The notes: generated by a model from the sequence alone, not told the origin. Shown: positions 11,698-21,506, counted from the stretch's first letter. The stretch: DNA of 64,000 bases from Candidatus Binataceae bacterium (GCA_035294265.1 DATGLK010000010.1:126858-190857); one strand, 5' to 3'. Program-made: numbers and translations.

Positions 11698-13065
11698 TTA
11701 AGGGGCGGGATAGCTGACCCTCCAAACCGAGTTGGATGCGTCGTCAGATACCAGCAGCGCACCGTCGTGGGCCACGGTTACCCCCACCGGCCGGCCCCAC
11801 ACTCGCCCCTTGCCATTGTTACCGGGAGCCACGAAGCCAGTGACAAAGTCCATATAGTCTCCCACCGCTGCACCGTCTACCACCGGCACGAAAATAACTT
11901 TGTAGCCGGTAAAGCGGGAGCGATTAGAGGAGCCATGCTCGGCCGCAAATAGGCTGTGGCGATACTCGCGCGGAAACTGTTTACCCTCATAGAAGGTAAG
12001 TCCAAGGGAGGCGGAATGAGGCGCGATTAGCACGTCGGGCAGCAGGGTCTTGCTCTTCATCTCCATCCGCGGACTAGGCGAACGAGGATCCTGGAAGCCG
12101 CCGGTAAAAAACCAGGGCCAACCATAAAAGCCACCTAACTTGACCTTGGTGACGTAATCCGGCGGCAGGTTGTCGCCCAAGCCGTCGCGTTCGTTGGTCG
12201 AGCACCATAGGCTACCGGTGCGCGGATCGACCGCCAGACCCACCGCGTTGCGAATCCCGCTGGCATAGACCCGAACGTCGGTCCCGTCCGGCTTCATGAT
12301 CAGGATGTCCGCACGTCGAGTTTCGTTATCGGTCTTGGGATCTCCCCCGTAATTGGTCCCCGAACCCACCGAGACATATAGCTTGCGGCCATCGCGGCTG
12401 AAAACCACGTCACGACTCCAGTGAGCACCCAAGGGAGGAAGATCAAGCAGTTTTTGCGGTGCGCCGGAGGCCTTCAAGTCGCCATTGTGGTAGGGCAAAC
12501 GTAGCAAGGCATCGGTGTCACCGACGTAAAGCCAGCGCGGATTGGGCCCGGGCGGGTAAAATGCCAGACCGAAGGGTTCCTTCAAGCCGGTGGCGAAGAT
12601 TTCACTACGGGCGGCATGGGTGGCACCATCGCTGGCTCGTAGCACGCGGATACGGCCCCATTGGCTGTCGGCAATAAAAATGTCGCCGTTGGGAGCGGTC
12701 TTCATTTGACGCGGGTTGCCCAATTTTTCCGCGAACAAATCAACTTTGAAGCCGGCGGGTGCCTGCGGCCAAGCCCCGGCCGGACGCGGATAGATACGCG
12801 CTACGTTATCGCTCGGATCGCTGGAAAAGGGCGCAGGAACATCAGCACGAACGATCCGCCGGCGCACCAGCGGGGCGTTATCATGCCAATCGGTGAGGGC
12901 TGCTTGACCAGTCAACACAGGTTTGGAAGTGGTTTGCTGGGCCAACTGGCCGCGTGCCCCAATCGCCGACCAAACCAGTAGCGCCAACATGACGCATGCG
13001 CCGGTTAAGAGACGCCCGGTGCGTTTCCTAAGAAAGGAAAAACCGCTCTCATCGCAGGCTTCCAA
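11698..13065 (-). CDS. PQQ-dependent sugar (glucose/sorbosone) dehydrogenase, soluble beta-propeller type, secreted
   Basis: Signal peptide present. Motifs typical of sGDH/YliI family (GLAFYPPG, YVSVGSGTNYGGD, NERDGLGDNLPPD, GGFYGWPW). Confidence 0.75.
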   Translation of the reverse strand: MEACDESGFSFLRKRTGRLLTGACVMLALLVWSAIGARGQLAQQTTSKPVLTGQAALTDWHDNAPLVRRRIVRADVPAPFSSDPSDNVARIYPRPAGAWPQAPAGFKVDLFAEKLGNPRQMKTAPNGDIFIADSQWGRIRVLRASDGATHAARSEIFATGLKEPFGLAFYPPGPNPRWLYVGDTDALLRLPYHNGDLKASGAPQKLLDLPPLGAHWSRDVVFSRDGRKLYVSVGSGTNYGGDPKTDNETRRADILIMKPDGTDVRVYASGIRNAVGLAVDPRTGSLWCSTNERDGLGDNLPPDYVTKVKLGGFYGWPWFFTGGFQDPRSPSPRMEMKSKTLLPDVLIAPHSASLGLTFYEGKQFPREYRHSLFAAEHGSSNRSRFTGYKVIFVPVVDGAAVGDYMDFVTGFVAPGNNGKGRVWGRPVGVTVAHDGALLVSDDASNSVWRVSYPAP

Positions 13066-13329
13066 CTTGCTGCTTCCTCCCGTTAATCACAGGCTTCTTT
13101 CGCATCGTCAATCAAAAGATTAATATGCCGCAGCCGGTATCGATACCAGATCGCCCCGCCCGGCTCCTTGATGAGTTTTAGCTGTTTTGCCGCTAACCGC
13201 CGGTTCTATAGTCAAGACGGCGCAACGCCGCTTTCGGTTTACAATCCCCACGCGCCGTGCAATCCGTAAACCGGGGTGGTGAGCACCAAAGTTTGCCAGC
13301 GCAAGCCACCTTACTGCTCATTAGGCCGA

Positions 13330-14058
13330 TTAGCTGGCCTTTTGAGGGGTGGATCCTGCCAGCGCCTGCTGGCGGATGCGGCACGCCGCCTCGCCGTCGC
13401 CGCGTTCAAGGGCGCGGAAAATCTGGAGGTAGGTTGGTACTGCCTCGCGCGGCTGGGACGCCAGGCGCTGGGCAAAAGCCAAGGTTGCTGGTTCTAATTC
13501 CGCCACTTCCAGGAGCTGATCGATGAAGCCCCACGCCAGCAGCCGCTCGGCATCGATCGGCTCGCCCTCCAGCACCAGCCGCTTGGCATTGTTGAGTCCC
13601 ACCAGTGCGCTCAGCCGTTCCAGTCCCGCGACGGGGTAGTAGCGGCGCATCTTAAGCGCCGGTATGGCAACCTTCAGCGCTCGGTCAGCGAAGCGAAAAT
13701 CCGCCATCAGCGCCAGATTGACACCGCCGCCGTAACAAATTCCGTGCAACATCGCGACAGAGGGAAAAGGCAGCTTCGCCATGGTGCGACGCAGCGGCTC
13801 GATATGTTGTTCTAGGGCTGCAAAAGCCGCCGCGCGATCGCCATATTCGGCGATAAATTTGAGGTCATTGCCGGCGCAGAAGGCCCGCGTGCCGGCGCCG
13901 CGTATAATCAGCGCACCTACCTCGGGACGCTCGGCGATGGTGGCGATAGTCTCGGCCAACCCGCGCGCCAGGGTTTCATCGATCGCGTTGAGCCGGCGCT
14001 GGTTGTCAAAGCTGACCACCGCGATCGACTCGCGCATTTCCCAGTTCACCTCGGCCAT
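13330..14058 (-). CDS. Enoyl-CoA hydratase/isomerase (crotonase) family protein
   Basis: Crotonase-fold oxyanion region (AFCAGNDLK, ICYGGGVNLALMADFRFA). Confidence 0.75.
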   Translation of the reverse strand: MAEVNWEMRESIAVVSFDNQRRLNAIDETLARGLAETIATIAERPEVGALIIRGAGTRAFCAGNDLKFIAEYGDRAAAFAALEQHIEPLRRTMAKLPFPSVAMLHGICYGGGVNLALMADFRFADRALKVAIPALKMRRYYPVAGLERLSALVGLNNAKRLVLEGEPIDAERLLAWGFIDQLLEVAELEPATLAFAQRLASQPREAVPTYLQIFRALERGDGEAACRIRQQALAGSTPQKAS

Positions 14059-14092
14059 GGCTCAAGTATCCACTGGATGCGGCGCACCAGCC

Positions 14093-14962
14093 TCAAGCCT
14101 CGAGCTTGAGTACCCGCCGCGCGTTTTCCAACATGATCTTGGGGCGAACCTCGTCGCGGAAGGCCGCGGCTTCGAAATCCTTCAGCCAGCGCTCGGGACT
14201 GATGACCGGAAAGTCCGAACCGAACATCACTTTGTTCTGCAGCAGGGTGTTGGCGTACTGGATGAGCGCGGGCGAAAAATATTTGGGCGACCATCCCGAC
14301 AGATCGATGAAGACGTTGGATTTATGCAAGCAGATGGAGAGCATCTCGTCCTGCCAGGGCCATGAGGGATGGGCTCCGATAATGGTAAGGGTGGGAAAAT
14401 CAGCCGCCACGTCATCCAGATGAATGGGCTGGGCGTACTTCAGCTTGAGCCCAGTCCCACCCGGACCGCCTGAACCCACGCCGGTGTGGCCGGTATGAAA
14501 GACCACCGGCACACCCAATTCCGCCGCCTTGGCCCACAGCGGGTAAAAGGCCTGATCGTCGGGGAAAAAGGCTTGAGTGATGGGGTGGAGCTTAAGCCCG
14601 CGCAGCCCTAGCTCCTTGACCGAACGCTCCAGCTCCTGCACCGCCAACTTGCCCTTGTGCGGATCGACACTGGCCCAGCCGATGAACACATCGGGATAGC
14701 GACGCTGGATGTCGGCCACATAATCGTTGCCGTCAAATGGCACGCCCGAGACGGTTTCCGCGTCCACGCTAAAGGTAACCGCCAACAAATCCATGCGCCG
14801 ATATAAATCGGCCATTTCTTCGATGGTGCTGCTCTGGATGGTGCTTTGAAAGTAACGCGCCATCTGCTGGCCGCTAGCGGAAACCGCCAGGCCCGGGCGG
14901 CGCGGCACGTGAGTATGAACGTCGATCCCGCAAATGTTTCGGCCCTGATAGCTGAAGCTCAT
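14093..14962 (-). CDS. Amidohydrolase-2 family (TIM-barrel metal-dependent hydrolase/decarboxylase)
   Basis: Metal-ligand pattern (GIDVHTH ... HTGHTG ... GSDFP). Start set at the ATG preceded by GGAGGA (mRNA ggaggagcatgctATG) rather than the upstream GTG of the longest ORF. Confidence 0.7.
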   Translation of the reverse strand: MSFSYQGRNICGIDVHTHVPRRPGLAVSASGQQMARYFQSTIQSSTIEEMADLYRRMDLLAVTFSVDAETVSGVPFDGNDYVADIQRRYPDVFIGWASVDPHKGKLAVQELERSVKELGLRGLKLHPITQAFFPDDQAFYPLWAKAAELGVPVVFHTGHTGVGSGGPGGTGLKLKYAQPIHLDDVAADFPTLTIIGAHPSWPWQDEMLSICLHKSNVFIDLSGWSPKYFSPALIQYANTLLQNKVMFGSDFPVISPERWLKDFEAAAFRDEVRPKIMLENARRVLKLEA

Positions 14963-15180
14963 AGCATGCTCCTCCAAATCCCGCACCGGCCAATCTTGAC
15001 GGCTCGCCGCATCTCAACGCCGCATCGACCGCCTTTAAATCAGGTTTTTCGCTACCCCGCTAGGATCACCATGCCAAACGTGCGGCCGTCAACCCCCTTG
15101 TAGGAGCGCGTACTTCGCCGCAGGCCTTTCACGTTCGTTAGCGGTATTATGAAACTAAGCTGCGAGAGTCGCTGGCGCAT

Positions 15181-16170
15181 ATGCGAAGCGATTTTACAAA
15201 TCTGACACGCCGGCGATTCCTAATCGCGACCGCCGGCATCCTGAGTTGGGGCTTTCCGGTGCCGGTCAGTGCCGGCTACGGCGGAATCACGCCCAATGCT
15301 CAATTCTACGTGACCACTTACGCGGTCACCCCGCGCGTGGACCCACAAAGCTGGCGCCTGCGTATCGGCGGTCTGGTGAAGCAGCCGCTGGCGCTGGATT
15401 TTTTCAGCCTGCAACAGCTTCCCCACGTGCGCCAAGAGATGACCCTGGAATGTATAGGCAATCCGCCTAACGGCAGTTTGATCGGGAATGCCTGGTGGGA
15501 AGGAACCAATCTAGCCGCGCTGTTGGAACGTGTCGGCATCAAGCGCCAGGCGGTCTATGCCGTCCTGCGCGCGGCCGATGGGTACTCTACCGGAATTGCG
15601 CTGGATGAGCTTCTACGCAAACAAAACTTCATCGCCTATCGAATGAACGGCGTTCCGCTGCCGGCCGCGCACGGTTACCCGGCACGCATATTCATCCCCG
15701 GCAAATTCGGCATGAAACAGCCCAAGTGGCTGACCGAGATCGAGCTGGTCGATCGACCGTACCTCGGCTATTGGGAGAAGCGCGGCTGGAGCAACAGCGC
15801 TTGGCGCAAACTCAACAGCGGTTTTTTCTACCCACCCACCGCCGCCGATGCATCCTTAATCACGCGACTGACCCAGCCCCATCGAGTCCGCACTCCGGTC
15901 GAATTGTCCGGGTGGGCGATCAACGGACCCGCAGGCGTGCGCCGTGTCGAGGTTCGAGCCGCAGGCGCAAGCTGGCATCAGGCAACTCTGGTCCGCAACC
16001 ACTCGCCCTACATCTGGACGGTATGGAAATATCGCTTCACGGCAAAGCCGGGGCGCTATGAGATTAGCGTCCGCGCTACCGGAGGCGACGGGGCAGTGCA
16101 ACCCGCAGCTCATCCCGCCGATAACAGCGGCACCGAGGCCCAGGCCCGCATCGTTTTAGACGTGCTCTAA
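15181..16170 (+). CDS. Sulfite-oxidase-family molybdopterin oxidoreductase (YedY/MsrP-like), Tat-exported
   Basis: Twin-arginine signal (TRRRFLIATAG). Moco-binding region (ECIGNPPNGSLIGNAWWEGTNLAALL...YPARIFIPGKFGMKQPKWL). Confidence 0.7.
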   Translation: MRSDFTNLTRRRFLIATAGILSWGFPVPVSAGYGGITPNAQFYVTTYAVTPRVDPQSWRLRIGGLVKQPLALDFFSLQQLPHVRQEMTLECIGNPPNGSLIGNAWWEGTNLAALLERVGIKRQAVYAVLRAADGYSTGIALDELLRKQNFIAYRMNGVPLPAAHGYPARIFIPGKFGMKQPKWLTEIELVDRPYLGYWEKRGWSNSAWRKLNSGFFYPPTAADASLITRLTQPHRVRTPVELSGWAINGPAGVRRVEVRAAGASWHQATLVRNHSPYIWTVWKYRFTAKPGRYEISVRATGGDGAVQPAAHPADNSGTEAQARIVLDVL

Positions 16171-16207
16171 GGTTGGCGCGCCCGGGTCAGGCCTTTTCGC
16201 GGTCAGC

Positions 16208-17461
16208 TTAGACGATCATCGAGGCCGGCGGCGCCAGTGGGTCACATTGGCGCCAGTCGTAACCCTTGGGGTTGCGCAAGGTGACCGCGCGGATTTTGCT
16301 GTAATCGATCTCCTGCTCCTGTCCCAGTGCCGGCTGTCCCGCCATGTGAGCGCGAACTGCCGCCAGCATCATGCGCCGATAGCGAATCAGAGTACTGTCG
16401 GAGGAGCCCAGGTACTCGCGGCTGCGATCGGCGATCGCGCCCGGCGCTTCGGCTACCGCGAAGTCCTCGATATTGAGGCTACGCAGCCCGCTCCAATGGC
16501 CTTCTTTCATGGCCTTGCGATCCTGACCCCAGCGGTTGTCGATTCCGCCCAAGCCACTCGCGACATTGTCGGGATCGTGCGAGTAGCCGCGAATCTGAAA
16601 CAACTCTTCGGGCGTGAGCGGCTTATGCAAATCGAAGCGCCAGTACCAGATCGAGGTCCATTCGTCGTCAATCGGCACGGGAGCCAAGGTCAGGTTGGAC
16701 ACGCTGGAGTCCATCGGCACAAAGGAATAAAACGGGGCAACAACTTCGCGGATCCGAGTGTACACGGTGCCATCGAATAGATCGCGCAAAGCGGCCTCGC
16801 GAAAACCCCAAGGCTGACCGAGGACTTCGTAGGTTGGGCCGTTATTGGCCGCCGCCAGCGGGGTACCCGCCGCCTCCCGTCCAGTGCGTAACCAGTACGA
16901 ATGCAACACGCCGAGATGCGAGGAGTCGATAGTGGTTTCCATCACCTGAAACCAGTTCGAATGAAGGATCCCGCGATAAACATCGATGTGGGAGGGGGGA
17001 AGCAGATTGAACTCGAACCTGGGAAAATTAGGTGGCTGTTCACGACGGCCAAGATAAACCCAAATCGCGCCGCCGGCCTCGCGCACCGGATAATGGCGCA
17101 CCCGCACCTTGGCGGCGAATTCGGCGCGCCGCTCGGGCGGCTCGGAAGGCACTTCCACCACTTTGCCCGAGACGTCGATTTTCCAGCCGTGAAAGATGCA
17201 AGTAAGCGCGTTGTCTTCGTTGCGCGCCAGCGCCAGCGAGGTGCAGCGATGGGGGCAACCTTCGTCGAAGAAACCAACCCGGCCATCGGTCGCACGAAAA
17301 GCGATAAAGTTTTCGCCCAGCAGGCGCACTCGTGCCGGTGCGCCATCGGCCTCAAGCTTGCTGGCGAGCACGGCGGGCATCCAGTACTCGCGCAACATCT
17401 CGCCCATGGGCCGGCCTGCGCCAACCTGGGTGACAAGTTGATTGTCTGCCTGTGTCAACAT
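16208..17461 (-). CDS. Rieske non-heme iron oxygenase alpha subunit, phthalate-dioxygenase (class IA) family, paralog A
   Basis: Rieske motif CPHRCTSL-x-CIFHGW (CXH-X16-CXXH). Mononuclear Fe motif DSSHLGVLH. Start matches the phthalate dioxygenase N-terminus (LREYWMP). GAGGAAG ribosome-binding site. Confidence 0.8.
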   Translation of the reverse strand: MLTQADNQLVTQVGAGRPMGEMLREYWMPAVLASKLEADGAPARVRLLGENFIAFRATDGRVGFFDEGCPHRCTSLALARNEDNALTCIFHGWKIDVSGKVVEVPSEPPERRAEFAAKVRVRHYPVREAGGAIWVYLGRREQPPNFPRFEFNLLPPSHIDVYRGILHSNWFQVMETTIDSSHLGVLHSYWLRTGREAAGTPLAAANNGPTYEVLGQPWGFREAALRDLFDGTVYTRIREVVAPFYSFVPMDSSVSNLTLAPVPIDDEWTSIWYWRFDLHKPLTPEELFQIRGYSHDPDNVASGLGGIDNRWGQDRKAMKEGHWSGLRSLNIEDFAVAEAPGAIADRSREYLGSSDSTLIRYRRMMLAAVRAHMAGQPALGQEQEIDYSKIRAVTLRNPKGYDWRQCDPLAPPASMIV

Positions 17462-17506
17462 CCGATGCTTCCTCGAGGTGGAAACTGTCCCGGGCTAAAG
17501 CGCCGG

Positions 17507-18805
17507 CTAGTCGTTATCCAGCGACTGGGGCGGTTTAAAAGCGTCGATCTCGCGCCAGTCCTCGCCCTGCCGATTGCGCAACGCTATGGCGCGAATCGCG
17601 CCATAGTCGATAGTGCGGTCCAGGCCGCGCGCGGCCTGTCCGCTGGCGTGAGCGCGCACGGCCTCCAACATCATGCGTCGGTAGCGAATCACGGTGCTGT
17701 CAGAAGAGCCCAGATACTCACGGGTGCGATCGGCGATTGGTCCGGTGGACTCGGCCACCGCAAAGTCCTCGTGGCCCAGGGTACTTAGGCCGCTGAAGTG
17801 CCCCTCCTTCATGGCGGCCCGGTCCTGATGCCAAACCTGGTCGCGACCGCCAAGCTCGGCTGCCACGTTGTCCAGCGCCGCCGCCAGTTGCTCGTCATCC
17901 AGCGCCGCCAGCCGCTCAGTGCTCCACGGCCGGTAATTGTTGAGCAGCTCCAGCCGGGTCTGGCGAGTCAGCGGCTTGTTGAGGTCGTACCAGACGTACC
18001 ATTGGGCATGCCATTCGTCGTCGATCGGAATTAACATCACCGTCAGATTGGGTGAAGTATTTTCCATCGCCACAAAAGAATAAAAGGGCATCACCACTTC
18101 GCGGATCCGCGTATAGACCGTGCCGTCGAACAGGTCGCGCAGAGCGGCTTCGCGGAAACCATAAGGCTTCATCACATAATCGAAAGTGGGGCCGGTGTTA
18201 AAGGTTGCCAGCGCATTGCGCCCGCTGCGGCGAAGCCAATACGCGTGCAGCACACCCAAGTGGGAGGAATCGATGGTGGTTTCCATCCCCTGCAGCCAAC
18301 TGGCATGGACCACCGCTCGATGGGCCTGAGAATGGCTGGGCGGCAACTGATTGAACTCGAACTGGGGAAAGCGCGGTGGCTGCTCGTCCTGGCCCAGGTA
18401 AACCCACACCATGCCACCGGCCTCATGGACCGGATAATGGCGCACCCGCACCTTGGCGGCGAATTCGGCGCGCCGCTCAGGCGGCTCGGAAGGCACTTCC
18501 ACCACTTTGCCCGAGACGTCGATTTTCCAGCCGTGAAAGATGCAAGTAAGCGCGTTGTCTTCGTTGCGTGCCAGCGCCAGCGAGGTGCAGCGATGGGGGC
18601 AACCCTCGTCGAACATGCCGACGCGACCGTCGGTGGCGCGGAAGGCGACAAAATTCTCACCCATCAAGCGAACCCGCCGCGGCGCGCCATCAGCCACAAG
18701 CAGCCGCGAATGGACCGCGGGCATCCAAAACTCGCGCATGTAAGCGCCCATCGCGGTATCGCGACCGATGCGCGATAAGAGTTCGTTTTCTTCTCGGGTC
18801 AGCAT
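17507..18805 (-). CDS. Rieske non-heme iron oxygenase alpha subunit, phthalate-dioxygenase family, paralog B
   Basis: Same Rieske and Fe motifs as paralog A. N-terminus MLTREENELLSRIG mirrors the PDO ENELLTRVGPGT signature. Start placed at the ATG after GGGAGGG. Confidence 0.8.
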   Translation of the reverse strand: MLTREENELLSRIGRDTAMGAYMREFWMPAVHSRLLVADGAPRRVRLMGENFVAFRATDGRVGMFDEGCPHRCTSLALARNEDNALTCIFHGWKIDVSGKVVEVPSEPPERRAEFAAKVRVRHYPVHEAGGMVWVYLGQDEQPPRFPQFEFNQLPPSHSQAHRAVVHASWLQGMETTIDSSHLGVLHAYWLRRSGRNALATFNTGPTFDYVMKPYGFREAALRDLFDGTVYTRIREVVMPFYSFVAMENTSPNLTVMLIPIDDEWHAQWYVWYDLNKPLTRQTRLELLNNYRPWSTERLAALDDEQLAAALDNVAAELGGRDQVWHQDRAAMKEGHFSGLSTLGHEDFAVAESTGPIADRTREYLGSSDSTVIRYRRMMLEAVRAHASGQAARGLDRTIDYGAIRAIALRNRQGEDWREIDAFKPPQSLDND

Positions 18806-18897
18806 CTGGCTCCCTCCCACAGATTGTTCACCGAGCCCGCCAAACCCTGTCGGCCCGAGGGCTTAGATGCTCCGGCGCTTGGCAGCGGCAGTTCTGT

Positions 18898-20160
18898 TCA
18901 CTCCGCCCGATGGCGTAAAGCTAGCGTTTCGGGAGGATTGAGCGGATCGATTTCACGCCAGTCAACCCCCTTCTTAGTCCGCACCGTGACCGCGCGAATA
19001 CTGGAGAAATCAACCGTTCCGTCCAGCCCCATCGGTGGCTTGCCAGCCTGATGGTCACGCACGGCTTGCAGCATCATGCGCCGATAGCGAATCAGAGTAC
19101 TGTCGGAGGAACCCAGGTACTCACGGCTGCGATCGATCAGGATGCCCGGGGCCTCGGCGACCGCGAAGTCCTCGAAATTGAGGGTCGCCAGGCCGCTCCA
19201 ATGCCCTTCTTTCATCGCCTTGCGATCCTGGCCCCAGACCTGCTCGCGGCCGGGCATATCTGCCGCGATGTTGCTGGGGTCGGGATACTGGCGATGGTAG
19301 CGCATGAAGTCTTCGGCGATCGGCGCCTCGCTCTGATAGCGAATGTACCACTGCGCGTGCCAGTCGTCATCGATCGGGATTAGGCAGATGGCTAGGCGCG
19401 GCACGAAGGAGTCCATCGGCACGAAGGAATAGAAGGGCGCCACCACCTCGCGAATGCGCATATAAACGCTACCGTCGAACAGATCGCGCGCAGCCACTTC
19501 GCGGAAGCCGTAGGACTTCATCCATTGATCGTACACCGGTCCATTATTGGCGGTGGCCAGCGCGCCGCCGGAGTTGCTGCGGTTCTTAAGCCAATAGGAA
19601 TGCAGCACTCCCAAGTGGGAGGAATCGATAGTAGTCTCCAAGCCCTGCACCCAGTTGCTGTGCACTACCGCGCGATGAATCGCGCAATGGGTGGGAGGCA
19701 GGTTGGTAAATTCAAATTCGGGGAAGGCCGGGGCGGGATCGCGTTTGCCCAGGTATACCCAGACCATGCCGCCACTTTCGTGCACCGGGTAATGGCGCAC
19801 CCGCACCTTGGCGGCAAACTCGGCGCGCCGCTCGGGTGGCTCGGAAGGCACCTCGACCACTTTGCCCGAGACGTCGATCTTCCAGCCGTGAAAGATGCAG
19901 GTAAGCGCGTTGTCTTCGTTACGCGCCAGCGCCAGCGAGGTACAGCGATGGGGACAGCCTTCGTCGAAGAAACCCACGCGGCCGTCAGTGGCGCGAAAAC
20001 AAACGAAGTTCTCGCCCATCAAGCGCACCCGCAGCGGCGCGCCGTCGGCTTCCAGCTGCGAGGTGAGCGCGGCCGGCATCCAATACTCGCGCAACAATTC
20101 GCCCATCGGCGTTCCCACGCCGACTCGACACAGCAATTCGTTGTCTTCACGCGTCAGCAT
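18898..20160 (-). CDS. Rieske non-heme iron oxygenase alpha subunit, phthalate-dioxygenase family, paralog C
   Basis: Same motifs. The longest ORF extends to 20301, but the ATG at 20160 (MLTREDNELL, RBS GTGGAGGA) matches the other paralog starts. Confidence 0.8.
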   Translation of the reverse strand: MLTREDNELLCRVGVGTPMGELLREYWMPAALTSQLEADGAPLRVRLMGENFVCFRATDGRVGFFDEGCPHRCTSLALARNEDNALTCIFHGWKIDVSGKVVEVPSEPPERRAEFAAKVRVRHYPVHESGGMVWVYLGKRDPAPAFPEFEFTNLPPTHCAIHRAVVHSNWVQGLETTIDSSHLGVLHSYWLKNRSNSGGALATANNGPVYDQWMKSYGFREVAARDLFDGSVYMRIREVVAPFYSFVPMDSFVPRLAICLIPIDDDWHAQWYIRYQSEAPIAEDFMRYHRQYPDPSNIAADMPGREQVWGQDRKAMKEGHWSGLATLNFEDFAVAEAPGILIDRSREYLGSSDSTLIRYRRMMLQAVRDHQAGKPPMGLDGTVDFSSIRAVTVRTKKGVDWREIDPLNPPETLALRHRAE

Positions 20161-20246
20161 CGCCAAGTCCTCCACTCGCTGCAGCCCGGAGTATCCGCCG
20201 GGCGCAAAATTCGACGTTTCGCTACATTGGCCGCCTGGCCCTCGCG

Positions 20247-21506
20247 TCAGCCTAAGAAGGGCAATGAGGGGGGCGGATTGAACGGATCGACGTCCTTCCA
20301 ATCCATATCTTTGGGGGCGCGCAGCGTGATCGCGCGAATCTTGCCAAAATCCACGGCTTGCTCGCGATGATACACCGGCTTGCCCTGCTGATGGGCACGG
20401 ACCGCGGCCAGCAGGAGGCGGCGCAAGCGAATCAACGTGCTGTCACTGCTGCCCAAGTACTCACGGGTACGATCCATGATCACGCCCGGGGCCTCACCCA
20501 CCGCGAAGTCTTCATAGTTGAGGGTTTGGAACCCGCTCCAATGCCCTTCCTTCATCGCCGCGCGATCCTGGCCCCAATTGTCTTCGCGATGGCGAAAGTT
20601 GGCGGCGACGTTATCGCGTGTGCCCGTCCCGCCCATCATGCGCAGACGCTGCTCTTCGCTCAGCGGCTTGTCGGGATAAAACCAGATGTACCATTGCCAA
20701 TGCCACTCGTCGTCCACCGGCACCACGATGATGGTCAGATGCGGCATGAAGTGGTCCATCGGCACGAACGAGAAAAAGGGCAGCATCACTTCACGGATGC
20801 GCTGATAAACGGTGCCGTCGAACAGGTCACGCAGAGCCGCCTCGCGGAAGCCGTAGGGTTTGGACAGATATTCGTAGGTTGGGCCGTTATTCATACTGGC
20901 CATCGCGCTGCCCGAGGTGGTGGTCATCTTTTTCAGCCAGTAGGCATGCAACACGCCCAGATGGGAGGAATCGATGGTGGTTTCCAGCCCTTGCAGCCAA
21001 TTGCTGTGCACCAAGGCGGGAAAGGGCTCGACGTTCTCGCGCGCGATGGTGTTGAGCTCGAAATCCAAAAACCGCGGCGGCTGCTCCTCCTTACCCAGAT
21101 AGACCCACACCATGCCGCCCGCCTCGCGCACGGGATAATGGCGCACCCGCACCTTGGCCGCGAATTCGACCCGTCGCTCGGGCGGCTCGGAGGGCACCTC
21201 GACCACTTTGCCCGAGACGTCCATCTTCCAGCCGTGGAAAATACACGTCAGGGCATTGTCTTCATTGCGCGCCAGCGCCAGCGAAGTGCAGCGATGGGGG
21301 CAACCTTCATCGAAGAATCCCACCCGTCCATCGGTGGAACGAAAGGCGACGAAGTTTTCGCCCATCAAGCGTACCCGCCGCGGCGCACCGTCGGCCTCCA
21401 AACTTTCGCTGCGCAACGCCGGCATCCAGAATTCGCGCATGTAGTCGCCCATCGGGCTACCCGGACCGACCCGAACCAGCAACTCATTTTCTTCGTGTGT
21501 GAGCAC
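20247..21506 (-). CDS. Rieske non-heme iron oxygenase alpha subunit, phthalate-dioxygenase family, paralog D (GTG start)
   Basis: Same motifs (MLTHEENELLVRVGPGSPMG). GTG start preceded by GAGGAGGG. First gene of the co-directional array. Confidence 0.8.
   Translation of the reverse strand: MLTHEENELLVRVGPGSPMGDYMREFWMPALRSESLEADGAPRRVRLMGENFVAFRSTDGRVGFFDEGCPHRCTSLALARNEDNALTCIFHGWKMDVSGKVVEVPSEPPERRVEFAAKVRVRHYPVREAGGMVWVYLGKEEQPPRFLDFELNTIARENVEPFPALVHSNWLQGLETTIDSSHLGVLHAYWLKKMTTTSGSAMASMNNGPTYEYLSKPYGFREAALRDLFDGTVYQRIREVMLPFFSFVPMDHFMPHLTIIVVPVDDEWHWQWYIWFYPDKPLSEEQRLRMMGGTGTRDNVAANFRHREDNWGQDRAAMKEGHWSGFQTLNYEDFAVGEAPGVIMDRTREYLGSSDSTLIRLRRLLLAAVRAHQQGKPVYHREQAVDFGKIRAITLRAPKDMDWKDVDPFNPPPSLPFLG

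Larger units (their letters stand above)
16208..21506 (-). repeat. Tandem array of four Rieske oxygenase paralogs with near-identical internal nucleotide blocks
   Basis: Blocks of roughly 185 nt at approximately 17088-17275, 18433-18613, 19788-19975 and 21133-21320 are about 90-97% identical at DNA level. They encode VGFFDEGCPHRCTSLALARNEDNALTCIFHGWKIDVSGKVVEVPSEPPERRAEFAAKVRVRHYP. A second block encoding REYLGSSDSTLIRYRRMML is shared most strongly by paralogs A and C. The regions between blocks are divergent. Confidence 0.75.

Noticed and set aside
17196-21444. Four plus-strand ORFs of 67-128 aa all beginning MQVSALSSLRASASEVQRWGQPSS... (17196, 18540, 19895, 21154)
   Set aside because: They lie antisense to the conserved Rieske-domain block of the four minus-strand oxygenase genes. 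Their recurrence simply mirrors the nucleotide repeat. No ribosome-binding site or known fold; they are a GC-rich antisense-frame artefact.
16208-21506. Diversity-generating retroelement-like hypervariation among the Rieske paralogs
   Set aside because: No reverse transcriptase, template repeat or adenine-specific substitution pattern was found. The differences are spread over the whole catalytic domain. Gene conversion between paralogs is the simpler explanation.
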